NCBI GenBank assembly: GCA_030141605.1
Contig: JAQGDQ010000136.1
Span: 124,001 to 188,000 of the forward strand
Source: Tubiluchus corallicola
Taxonomy: Eukaryota > Animalia > Priapulida
DNA length: 64,000 nt
Direction: 5' to 3'
Shown piece after piece: positions 57,701 through 64,000 of the stretch. The notes under the pieces were generated by a model. The model was given only the letters and a program-made list of their open reading frames with translations, was not told the DNA's origin and did not search any database. Each line of letters starts with the position of its first letter. The first letter of the stretch is position 1. Position numbers and translations under genes: made by a program.

Positions 57701-60700
57701 GCATAGCACACTGATAGCATATTGTTGTTTATTAATAGTAATAATAACAGGAAGCATACTCACTTCCCACTCGGTTCAACGCGGGTTCAAATTCAGGCTG
57801 AGTCATACCAGAGACTTAGAAAATAGTACCGCTGCTTTTTTGATCAAGCACGCATATGTAACGAAGTAACATGCGGGTAATAATAAGCAGGACCACCCAC
57901 ATAATCTAAGCTTTAGAATTGCTGTGCTTGGTTTTTATATTGAATTACAATGAATAAATTGATTAGACTCCAATGCCTGGCAAGCAGTAATGAGTTAAAA
58001 GTTCTGCTACCAAAGTGGACTGTTCAGCATTAACAACAACACATGCATTTACTGATAACAAAATAATCATCTCCTGAAAACTTCCGAGTAGTTAATACTA
58101 ACAATTAAATGTAGTTATCGTTAGCACAATGTTAACAAACACAAATGGTCAGAAAAAGTAAATTTATTGATAGAATAGCAATAAATGAGTTTTTGCAATG
58201 AATGTTCGTGAGCATGCACACCAGTATTGCGCGCATTGTTTCTAGCCGACCAATCAACGAATGACAACCATCGTTTTGTCGAAAATCAATTTGCCTGCTG
58301 TCGCTGGATTTGAAAACCCACCCTCTCTCCACCAACTGTTAAAGTAGGAATGTAATTTCTGTGTAAACTTTAGGTTTAGGTACTTTTAACACTGCAGTGT
58401 TTTTTCTGTAGTGTGGAATTTTTACATATAATGTACCACTATATATTGTTGAAACTGCTTTACTAGGCGTTTGGTATAACTTCAATGTATCGCAGTATTG
58501 CAAACCATGCTTTATTACGTTTATCATGATAGACGCAAGCAATACTGTGATTAGTACAGTCACGTATCGGGTGGGGCGATATTTGGATGTGCCCACCTTT
58601 TTTGGCTTTCTATATTGAATATATTGTCATTTTAATAAATGACCTCATTTTATCAACTAATTTCATTCTTGGTGCTTTTGCAAAAAACTAGCCAGGTTCA
58701 GCAAGTTATACCGCTAGGTCGGTTTTATGAACATTAGCTTACAAAAAAATCTAATTTGTCATCATTACTAAACTAACTCAACATAAATGACCAAGTAGGA
58801 AAGCACAGCATATGGGGTAAATTCAAAATATGTTTTTCCTGAACATTCAAAACAAAAACTAAAATCTTCATTTCAAAAGTACTTTATATAAGTTCTGTAA
58901 GTGAAGGGCACCAGATTTTAACATTGCACTATCTACAAACTTACTAAACGTGTCGTCACGATAACTTTATATCAAGCGATGCTCTCCACAAATGAAAAAT
59001 GAAACAAAATTTTCAAGGTGGAGACTTGGTCATAAGTGGACCCAACCATGTAGCTGTAGACCAGGCTTACAGACAAAAGGAGTGCCCTTTACAAAGACTT
59101 AACAGGTAGCAAATGATTTACAAGTACAGTAATTTTTCTCCATGTTGGTATAACAGTAATATGTGCAAAAATTTGCAAAGGTGAATAAATTCAAACTTTG
59201 GTGAAAAAGTTTGAATACTCTTGTAAATGTCCACTCTTTAACTATTTACGAAAAAGAGCACACAGTGAATTATATATTACAAATAAACTAACTTATTAGT
59301 GTTTTGCCTATACCAGTAGTGCAGGCTTGCTGTGTGAACAAGTGACATACCATATGTCTTTGTCAGAAAGTCTGCACTACTGCACTAAAACTAGAGTTAA
59401 TCTTCATCCACTTAAATTAATTGCGAAGACAAGGGATCCGAACAACTATGCTAATCACTACGTCACAGAAAGATTTCAATCATTCATATTCAAAAATTTA
59501 CCAGTTAACTTCCCGCCAATCTACCCAATAAGAAGCGCTAAAGCAAATGTAATAATTTCTACCTTTGTTCATTGTCATTTTCAGCAGAATCTTTTGCGAC
59601 TATTGTTAAGTTGTAATTCGACTGTGACACAAATGCATCATTTTCAGTCTTGATTGTTCCCCTGGCAGTGCCATTGCCAAAGTTGTAAGTACTGATGGTA
59701 AACGGAGCATCTGCCGGCACAATATTAAATTCCATTTCAGCGTTAAGACCTTCGTCTGGATCGAAAGCATACACCTGCAGAAATAACCAAAAAGAGCATT
59801 TGTATTCATTTACTGCATAGGTGTAAAATGCATATATTTTTAAGAATTATCAAAGCATAAATCAATAATACAGTGGTAGAGGGGTTATTTTGTACCCAAT
59901 AAATAAGTAAATGACATTTAAACAGCAAGATTCGGCTGTAAGTTCATGAATGGTTTATGTTAATGAATAGTAAAACGCTCACATTCTCAATACAGTGGTC
60001 AAGGAGGCTACTTTGTACCCATCGAGTAAATTTTACTCACTGGGTATATAACATTTTCCACAAGTTTGTCATGTTTTTTTGCAAGAATTAAAAAAGACCA
60101 AATGGGAGAATAAATTTCTTTTGAGAAAATGGGTAAAAGGCTGCACACTCTAAAATAAATTATCGCAACACCTAAGATGCCTAAAGGCTCAACAAGTATA
60201 ACAAGCTGTCACAAATTTATTAACACTGTAAGGCTAAATTTGAATGAAATTACTTCCTTAATGTGCTTCCTCAAAAATGTGCTTAATGATGTAATTAAAC
60301 AAACAACAGGAGAAATTTCTTAAATCACATTTAACCAAGATGAAATTTAAATCAGACTTGAATTGTGAAAAAAGGAAACTAAGCCTAGATTTGATCCTGG
60401 GGTTTGAAAGATTTAAGCCCAATCCAGAGAAGTACTATTTCATTTGGTCAAATCTGTGTGCCTTTATTTATAATGCTAATCAAATTACTATTTTTGAACT
60501 TCAAAGTAAAGGCAATAAATAGGCTAAACAACTTATCATTTGAACAAAAAAACATGCCTTTTCACAACAATGATACAGCACCCTTCACATGTAACTGCAT
60601 TATTGCAAGAAAGTTTGGCTCTTATAAGCTGGATATTGAGACTGAAACAACTTTACAAAATATTAGAGCTGATCGGAATGCCAAAGCCCTATTCGAATGT

Positions 60701-63700
60701 TAACACATACCTCACCAGAACAAATGCAATATCTCGTCAGAAATCAAACAAACAAGTTACAGTTTCTAAATAAACTGCAGGGAATGAAAGTAAGAAAAGC
60801 GCACAATGCCATTTGATGGGTTTAATTTCAGCGATCATTAATATTAATGGAATAGCCATTATTTAATCACAACATACATCGTCTTTATTAAAATAGCGTT
60901 ACTGACATTCTTAAAAACCTAAACATGCTTAAGAAGTTTGTTGCGACTCATCGTACCTTAATGGGCTAAGATGTCAATTGTAATGACTGCCTAAAACAAA
61001 TGTAACTGTGCATGCTATGAGTATTATCTATTAACAGTAATCCGAGTTACAGCATTGCCCACCTAGTGGCTGAGGCTTATTTACATCCCACAAGCACAGT
61101 CAACTAAACCAAATGCCTTTCACTAAGTAGTACTGCATTAACTCTCCCCATCAAAACAAGGTTTTGCAATCACTAGTTGAATCATTTGCTATTCAAACAG
61201 CAATATATTCATTTAACCCAAGCACTTATTAATTGCTGAGCACTCACCTCACCAATTATATTATTTTGGGTATCATTGGGTACAGAAAACTGATACTCGG
61301 GCTCTATAAGCTCAAACTCGGGGTTATTGTCATTTACGTCAACAACATGTATAGTCAATGTAGCCTCATTTGCGGGTGCAGAAGACGGCTTTGTCTGAAC
61401 CGTTCCTACCTAAAACACAAAAGAAAAAAATAAATTTAAGTTCATTATTTAAAGAAGTACAACTTTAAAGAGCAATAACAAAAATGCATACAATTTCGGC
61501 ATCTAAATTCGTAAGACACTGTGGAGGTCAAAAGCTTGATAACCTAAGAAAAGCATATACAGCCTGATCCAACAATGAGGTAAATGAGACAAAATGCAGT
61601 GAAAATCCCAAATGTTGAATTACTGTAATTTCGGCTATTTTGGGGGCAAATCACTGATTATAGTGCAGCAAGCTATAAGTCAATGTGTGAGAAGCCAAAA
61701 GACATAGAAAAACAAAGTATAGAAACTGTTCAAAACAAATAATGAGGATAACAGGACCAAAAAATACAAAAAGGCAGCCCAACATGACTGGTTCCTCTTT
61801 GCAGAATTACTCAGAAGCATTGTCAGACAATTATTCTACTCAACTACATCAAGGTTGAAAACTCTGCAATAAAACTAAAGCAAAAAACTACTTAAATTGC
61901 TCTAAGAATGTATGCAAAAAGTAGCGGTAATTTTTTCTAATGAATCACCAATCAATCTGTGAGGCAAGCAGCTAAAAAACAATTTAGCTGCTGCACAACT
62001 GAAATACAACTTACAGTTAACGTAAACTCTTGCGTCTCTTCTCGGTTGATGACACTAGGATCTGACACAAATATTTCTCCAGTGTTCTCATCTATGTCGA
62101 AACCAATATGTGTCCCCTCTAATTTGTAGGTAAACTCTGCATTTTCTCCCTGCAAGAAAAACAACTGAATGTCGACATCTGAATAAAACTAATCAAAGAC
62201 TGAATTTATGCTCAATATAAAAGTGAAGAGTGGCAGAGACTAGCAATGTTAATAAACACAGACATAATGGAGGTAAAACAAATAAACCAAATAAAAAACA
62301 GGAAAAAATTAAACTGTGTGCTAAACAAAAACTTTTTTCACTCGCAAAAGGAAAATCACAGCAATCATATTCAAGCAGTTTAGAACTTAATAACAAATGT
62401 TTTACAAAAAAGACTCGTAATGGTGTATAAAGCTAACCAAGCTTGTCACTAGATGGTGCCAACACAAGTGACACATTTCTAGTAACTTATAAATTGCAAA
62501 GACTACAGCTATTTACAAACTCAGTCAACAGTAAGTACAAAAAAAAAAAAGTTACTTTAACTAGAAAAGACGTTTGGTTCAGATAGCATCATAAAGACAT
62601 CATGTAACCCTTGAAAACTATAAAATAATTACATTACGTATAGAAATTTACTCACCTCATCAATATCTTTAGCAAAAACTTTTAAAACAGATGCATTGAA
62701 AATAGGATTCTCTTGCAAATCAACTTCATAGATATCGGGCTCAAATAATGGAGCATTATCATTAATATCAAGTACTGTAAGTTCAATGAATGCGTACGTC
62801 TCTCGTTCATGTTCCGGAAATAAATTCTCTACTTGATAAGCCTGGAAGTAATGACACTCGTCTGTTTACAACTGAATATCATAAATGCACCATAGAAATG
62901 TAAAAACAAACAATTTTGACTATTTTCTTTACTAATTTATTGTTTAAAAAGTGTTGTGTTTCATTGACACCACTCCTATATTTGAGAGTTTACATTCCCA
63001 ATACCTAAAAATAGATCTAACAAACGACAGACTATGACAATGCTGATGGTGATGATTAACTAATAATAAACATAACTTCTTAAAATAAAAAAGTATTATA
63101 ATTTAGTGCAATGACCATAGGTTCAAAACATTTCAATGAAACTTTCTTTCTTTAAAAGATGTATCTCTCTAAGTAGAGCATTCTCAATTTAAATGACAAT
63201 TAGTAGCCTAAAAATAAACATGCAATAGTGATAATAAATTTTAAAGAAAAAACTACTGAAAATAATACCACGTTGTTTTTATAAAAAACCAATTTGCTTC
63301 GGATAAAATTTCTTGTTCACTAAAAAAATTAATTAACTTTTGCATTATAGTGCATCACAATAATGCACACTATTCACTCATAATCTATAAATAAGCTACT
63401 GAAATTTGTCATCTAGCTAAAACATTGACTGGAGTCTATAAACAGGCACTGAGTATACACCAAAGGTGCACATGCTTACTTATGGTAAGGTTCTAACATC
63501 TTAAGTAATTATTTCTAAGCATGCAAAGTGGATACATGCCACCTACTATAGTGTATGTCCCCCTACCCCACTGGATACAACATAACACAGAATAACATGT
63601 CGAAACATACCCTAATCAATCCCGAAAAGAGCTGCACTCCGTTAACAGGATCATCACGGTCAATTATCTCTGTAGGAGAAATGATGCCTGTTTGAAGATC

Positions 63701-64000
63701 AATTTTCAGAGAATTTTTTGGTTGAACTGAAAAATCAATTATTAATTTACATGAATTAATTTATCATAAGAAACACTCATTCTAAAATCGACATAGTGGT
63801 GTCTACAGTGAGAGAATCAAATAACTATGGAAGTTCCACTGTTTATGTATCATAAAATAATATATCTATTGAATTTATCTAGTTTAAATAATTCAGTTAT
63901 TATCTCTACATCATGACCAGACTGTACTTACGGTACACAATTTCATAATTAATAAGTCCATTAATGCCCTGATCCATATCAAAAGCATAGATTGGTTCGG
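340..64000 (-). CDS. Giant non-classical cadherin (CDH23/PCDH15/CDHR/Cad87A-like); ~70 exons, ~29 EC repeats + mucin-like insert + MAD-like domain + TM + cytoplasmic tail; 5' end outside window
   Basis: Chain of AG/GT-bounded minus-strand exons that join in phase and translate to repeated cadherin motifs (DxNDNxPxF, AxDxD, LDRE/LNRE), a single TM segment and a stop at 340-342. No EGF/LamG modules. Confidence 0.93.
1171..1444 (-). promoter_or_regulatory. Candidate intronic splicing-regulatory cluster (Rbfox UGCAUG x3, QKI ACUAAU x2)
   Basis: Sense-strand TGCATG at 1439-1444, 1256-1261 and 1171-1176; ACTAAT at ~1201 and ~1226; downstream of the cassette exon donor. Confidence 0.5.
1474..1541 (-). 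CDS. Alternative stop-containing cassette exon (M)LGYRSPTTEL*
   Basis: ttttaatcgcacag acceptor, gtaaga donor, phase matches upstream exons; TGA at 1508-1510. Confidence 0.7.
2151..2228 (-). CDS. Cytoplasmic exon SDVSTLTVNSSHPSRWRRQANGDLA (78 nt, phase 2-2)
   Basis: cag/gtgagt boundaries, open in frame. Confidence 0.75.
2945..3082 (-). CDS. Juxtamembrane cytoplasmic exon with NPTY motif
   Basis: cag/gtaagt; RDKSHSR...VTNPTYTDDIPPG. Confidence 0.85.
3486..3683 (-). CDS. Transmembrane exon
   Basis: ...EPCEVGLIVMGVVFGLILFIAVIVIICLVK; cag/gt boundaries. Confidence 0.92.
4387..4563 (-). CDS. MAD/SEA-like domain exon 2
   Basis: DITEIVGYDVNIARVEPH...RRRTVRSG...TDMFLFGVD; phase 2-2. Confidence 0.88.
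5360..5448 (-). CDS. MAD/SEA-like domain exon 1
   Basis: VYKISEFDYVVMVADVPPVVVIDNMRAIG; cag/gttagt. Confidence 0.85.
6023..6235 (-). CDS. Cadherin exon (last EC)
   Basis: ATDLDEGNNSAIAYSI...EARDNWG. Confidence 0.92.
6586..6716 (-). CDS. Cadherin exon
   Basis: EASIEVIVGDINNHAPDF. Confidence 0.92.
6874..6993 (-). CDS. Cadherin exon
   Basis: TFNLNTETGLIQTKVMLDRQEMSKYQF. Confidence 0.92.
7604..7784 (-). CDS. Cadherin exon
   Basis: IIVSVFEV...FTRDAYQVTVDEGQ. Confidence 0.9.
9381..9514 (-). CDS. Cadherin exon
   Basis: GNDDDIFTMDSG...YKLTIEARD. Confidence 0.9.
9766..9892 (-). CDS. Cadherin exon following mucin array
   Basis: APEKPKFECGQYHVSASEDTP; phase-0 start. Confidence 0.9.
10548..10607 (-). 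CDS. Thr/Ser mini-exon VTDTTEGSSKTTNELTETTM
   Basis: 60 nt, aag/gtatta, phase 0. Confidence 0.72.
11519..11572 (-). pseudogene. Decayed or stop-bearing mini-exon copy VTHITGGNSKTTDKIIA*
   Basis: Homologous to 12865-12924; aag acceptor kept, in-frame TAG, no phase-0 donor before the stop. Confidence 0.55.
11874..11915 (-). CDS. Thr/Ser mini-exon VTDSTDSSSATITG
   Basis: 42 nt, aag/gtattt, phase 0. Confidence 0.68.
12010..12069 (-). CDS. Thr/Ser mini-exon VTVVTDGSSGATDEFTDITV
   Basis: 60 nt, tag/gtatta, phase 0. Confidence 0.72.
12212..12244 (-). pseudogene. Decayed mini-exon remnant (HSRATTTKVTG)
   Basis: 3' half and ggg|gtatct donor resemble sister exons; no in-phase acceptor. Confidence 0.4.
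12483..12542 (-). CDS. Thr/Ser mini-exon GTYSTDSNSDRTDEVTETTA (copy 2)
   Basis: 60 nt, aag/gtactt, phase 0. Confidence 0.72.
12688..12747 (-). CDS. Thr/Ser mini-exon GTYSTDSNSDRTDEVTETTA (copy 1)
   Basis: 60 nt, aag/gtactg, phase 0. Confidence 0.72.
12865..12924 (-). CDS. Thr/Ser mini-exon VMGSTDGSSKTTDKVIVVTG
   Basis: 60 nt, aag/gtatta, phase 0. Confidence 0.7.
13289..13339 (-). CDS. Thr/Ser mini-exon VTTYGTTETDQMTTETS
   Basis: 51 nt, aag/gtattt, phase 0. Confidence 0.7.
13558..13685 (-). CDS. Cadherin exon preceding mucin array
   Basis: GEIRTTG...ASDQGEEPRTATVEVSVDVYETT; phase-0 end. Confidence 0.92.
14070..14169 (-). CDS. Cadherin exon
   Basis: IMELRAVDLDEGLNGFVLFSL. Confidence 0.92.
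14827..14985 (-). CDS. Cadherin exon
   Basis: AQDQGDPP...IDMNTHDPQF. Confidence 0.92.
15865..15983 (-). CDS. Cadherin exon
   Basis: ANFSISTT...SLNRSEVDIYTITVK. Confidence 0.9.
16711..16900 (-). CDS. Cadherin exon
   Basis: LLDINNNEPTF...AARDLDIGQNG. Confidence 0.93.
17007..17120 (-). CDS. Cadherin exon
   Basis: GEIKTLQRL...FSVKATD. Confidence 0.9.
17655..17758 (-). CDS. Cadherin exon
   Basis: TEVVTVSAG...YELLEDSDEFEIDLNT. Confidence 0.9.
18237..18350 (-). CDS. Cadherin exon
   Basis: SMLLHVRLL...FDNAAYSVDMDED. Confidence 0.88.
19131..19256 (-). CDS. Cadherin exon
   Basis: VITIRKKIDID...LEITATDNG. Confidence 0.9.
19837..19948 (-). CDS. Cadherin exon
   Basis: VYVAYAIDQDLDDNGKLNYTL. Confidence 0.92.
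20754..20878 (-). CDS. Cadherin exon
   Basis: IVFVEDLNIHAPKF...ILEN; aag acceptor. Confidence 0.88.
21382..21615. repeat. Local direct duplication (~90 bp x2)
   Basis: tacaaacttatt...ctaaattttaagataaat repeated. Confidence 0.7.
22507..22620 (-). CDS. Cadherin exon
   Basis: PFEINETSGEISV...YEFQVYAED. Confidence 0.92.
23899..24189 (-). CDS. Cadherin exon
   Basis: EITVAGPLDRAQ...ATDSG...VIDLDDG. Confidence 0.92.
24347..24563. repeat. Tandem duplication (~115 bp x2)
   Basis: cagaaatt...tatttgaagtgtt...tatctaaaacataa repeated. Confidence 0.75.
24683..24788 (-). CDS. Cadherin exon
   Basis: VTATDVDAPPPSPNAVIRYSI. Confidence 0.92.
25168..25332 (-). CDS. Cadherin exon
   Basis: IKAED...VGDINDNAPEF...ISEDAPVG. 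Confidence 0.93.
25361..26268. repeat. 24-bp minisatellite, ~37 units (caatggtagtaagtcccaagtcag / caatggtagtaagtcaaaagtgaa)
   Basis: Clear 24-nt periodicity; chance ORFs over it show an 8-aa period. Confidence 0.93.
27146..28128 (-). mobile_element. pogo/Tigger-like non-autonomous DNA transposon
   Basis: TA-cagtgtgtgccgcttaatagactcac ... gtaagtctattaagcgg imperfect TIRs; internal MKQLTLKEFL remnant; related copy at 1-183. Confidence 0.72.
28340..28460 (-). CDS. Cadherin exon with inserted loop carrying REKR
   Basis: WVLNREKREISEDTGLPKPPIEPVNGTLIDREDISEHILM; phase 2-0 matches neighbours. Confidence 0.88.
28854..29330 (+). mobile_element. hAT (Buster/Charlie-type) non-autonomous element
   Basis: Perfect 16-bp TIR cagtggttcttaacct; perfect 8-bp TSD ccttaaac; transposase C-terminus KRNRLCCENDMRVALAKVKPCISELVSQRQQQKSH*. 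Confidence 0.93.
29777..29913 (-). CDS. Cadherin exon
   Basis: PIVATDADIGVHAKIKYSI. Confidence 0.92.
30779..30895 (-). CDS. Cadherin exon
   Basis: VHLTVLDENDNVPEF. Confidence 0.93.
31250..31357 (-). CDS. Cadherin exon
   Basis: ELNREEKDFY...AVDGGQPP. Confidence 0.92.
31570..32040. mobile_element. Unclassified MITE/foldback element with ~70-bp inverted repeats
   Basis: ttttatcacacacccggtcggcaattcttgtacgttcatatactt is inverted at ~31960-32025. Confidence 0.7.
33167..33370 (-). CDS. Cadherin exon
   Basis: SNKYSPQF...AFDNDTG. Confidence 0.92.
33606..33715 (-). CDS. Cadherin exon
   Basis: IFEINPFTGVV. Confidence 0.9.
33847..34033 (-). CDS. Cadherin exon
   Basis: IEDINDNPPYF...EAKDLD. Confidence 0.93.
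34332..34466 (-). CDS. Cadherin exon with GC donor
   Basis: GIITVEEALNRE...AMDGGEPP; AAG|GCGAGT. Confidence 0.88.
35272..35318. repeat. (TA)n microsatellite
   Basis: Direct observation. Confidence 0.9.
35875..36020 (-). CDS. Cadherin exon
   Basis: EAVDLDEGKNAEITF. Confidence 0.92.
36732..36822 (-). CDS. Cadherin exon
   Basis: VIDVNDNPPQF. Confidence 0.93.
37856..37992 (-). CDS. Cadherin exon
   Basis: PFAINKDSG...LDRENQKDY. Confidence 0.93.
38297..38405. repeat. Compound (CTG)n(CTA)n(ATA)n microsatellite
   Basis: Direct observation; abuts the donor at 38411-38412. Confidence 0.9.
38413..38497 (-). CDS. Cadherin exon
   Basis: NAPDGSYVTEVWA. Confidence 0.88.
39108..39535. repeat. CAC/CACAC-rich low-complexity repeat
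   Basis: Direct observation; source of the His/Thr/Pro ORFs. Confidence 0.85.
40373..40486 (-). CDS. Cadherin exon
   Basis: IEAT...PVFTEKTYTGEVLE. Confidence 0.9.
40637..40768 (-). CDS. Cadherin exon
   Basis: TITYEILDDGG...GTYEMK. Confidence 0.88.
41057..41645. mobile_element. pogo/Tigger-like MITE
   Basis: TA-cagtgttccct ... agggaacactg-TA TIRs and TA TSD; cgcgataa/cgcga subterminal motifs. Confidence 0.85.
42397..42483. repeat. (TAAGG)n pentamer repeat
   Basis: Direct observation. Confidence 0.8.
43425..43562 (-). CDS. Cadherin exon
   Basis: VFVTVLPQPVPLF...YTLEA. Confidence 0.88.
43916..44023 (-). CDS. Cadherin exon
   Basis: AGIILNKELNYEKNQSH. Confidence 0.9.
44154..44434 (-). CDS. 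Cadherin exon
   Basis: YTVTITARD...DDYPKFDQTSYNPSVQE. Confidence 0.9.
46008..46212 (-). CDS. Cadherin exon
   Basis: VIVHVEPYKPPEF...FNIHSTYGDI. Confidence 0.9.
46706..46804 (-). CDS. Cadherin exon
   Basis: GEITTIDALDYD. Confidence 0.9.
46975..47148 (-). CDS. Cadherin exon
   Basis: IYDEDRDIPVF...VAEN. Confidence 0.92.
48106..48414 (-). CDS. Cadherin exon
   Basis: GPPEFAPVPSII...YELEIQA. Confidence 0.92.
49621..49728 (-). CDS. Cadherin exon
   Basis: GIITTAETL...LFIRAVN. Confidence 0.88.
50648..50755 (-). CDS. Cadherin exon
   Basis: ILTVTAS...KFSIDEAT. Confidence 0.9.
50870..51135. repeat. Inverted repeat pair (~40 bp), possible old MITE
   Basis: tatgtaaataaataaataaaccacacttgttgtagta vs tactacaacaagagtggtttattcatttatttacata. 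Confidence 0.6.
51997..52184 (-). CDS. Cadherin exon
   Basis: RVEASDG...YDDDDDIPKF. Confidence 0.92.
54075..54261 (-). CDS. Cadherin exon
   Basis: NSAPVFSPVPDVIRIHES. Confidence 0.9.
54522..54641 (-). CDS. Cadherin exon
   Basis: DNGWIRTVENKPLDY. Confidence 0.9.
55402..55899 (-). CDS. Cadherin exon (498 nt)
   Basis: ORF 55387..55893 trimmed to tag/gt sites. Confidence 0.93.
56303..57024 (-). CDS. Cadherin exon (722 nt, ~2.5 EC)
   Basis: ORF 56285..57067 trimmed to tag/gtaagt. Confidence 0.94.
57295..57464 (-). CDS. Cadherin exon
   Basis: NSPPYF...VEAFDDD. Confidence 0.9.
57765..57880 (+). mobile_element. tRNA-derived SINE-like fragment
   Basis: B-box-like gggttcaaattc followed by gagtcataccagagacttagaaaatagtaccgctgc. 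Confidence 0.5.
59563..59774 (-). CDS. Cadherin exon
   Basis: VYAFDPDEGLNAE...VAKDS. Confidence 0.92.
61248..61409 (-). CDS. Cadherin exon
   Basis: IHVVDVNDNNPEF. Confidence 0.93.
62015..62149 (-). CDS. Cadherin exon
   Basis: GENAEFTY...INREETQEF. Confidence 0.93.
62656..62841 (-). CDS. Cadherin exon
   Basis: VLDINDNAPLF...FAKDIDE. Confidence 0.93.
63611..63726 (-). CDS. Cadherin exon
   Basis: KIDLQTGII...IDRDD. Confidence 0.9.
63932..64000 (-). CDS. Cadherin exon (partial, runs off window)
   Basis: EPIYAFDMDQGINGLINYEI; gtaagt donor. Confidence 0.9.

Noticed and set aside
485-62430. Nested plus-strand genes from the ORF track
   Set aside because: Short ORFs are antisense shadows of exons or AT-rich noise; no coherent spliced model found.
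340-64000. Assignment to Fat, Dachsous or classical cadherin
   Set aside because: No EGF/LamG modules before the TM and no catenin-binding domain; a MAD-like domain is present. No gene symbol is given because orthology needs phylogeny.

Overview
AT-rich animal genomic DNA with spliceosomal introns, probably from an invertebrate; the species cannot be determined from the sequence. Almost the whole window is one minus-strand gene, truncated at its 5' end by the right edge, that encodes a very large non-classical cadherin. I traced about 70 exons by hand and the reading phase is consistent throughout. The protein has about 29 cadherin (EC) repeats in the window, a membrane-adjacent MAD/SEA-like domain, one TM helix and a cytoplasmic tail. 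No EGF or LamG domains are present, so it resembles the CDH23/PCDH15/CDHR2/CDHR5/Cad87A-99C group rather than Fat or classical cadherins. Notable features: (1) a tandem array of phase-0 Thr/Ser-rich mini-exons (mucin-like) inside one EC-EC linker, with 7 intact and 2 decayed copies; (2) a stop-containing cassette exon that switches the C-terminal PDZ-binding motif between -TTEL and -STYI; (3) five internal copies of a two-EC unit lacking Ca2+-binding motifs; (4) two candidate furin sites; (5) a GC-AG intron. Introns carry hAT/Buster and pogo/Tigger-type elements, unclassified foldback elements, a SINE-like fragment, a 24-bp minisatellite and simple repeats. Exon coordinates were read by eye, and no database searches were run.
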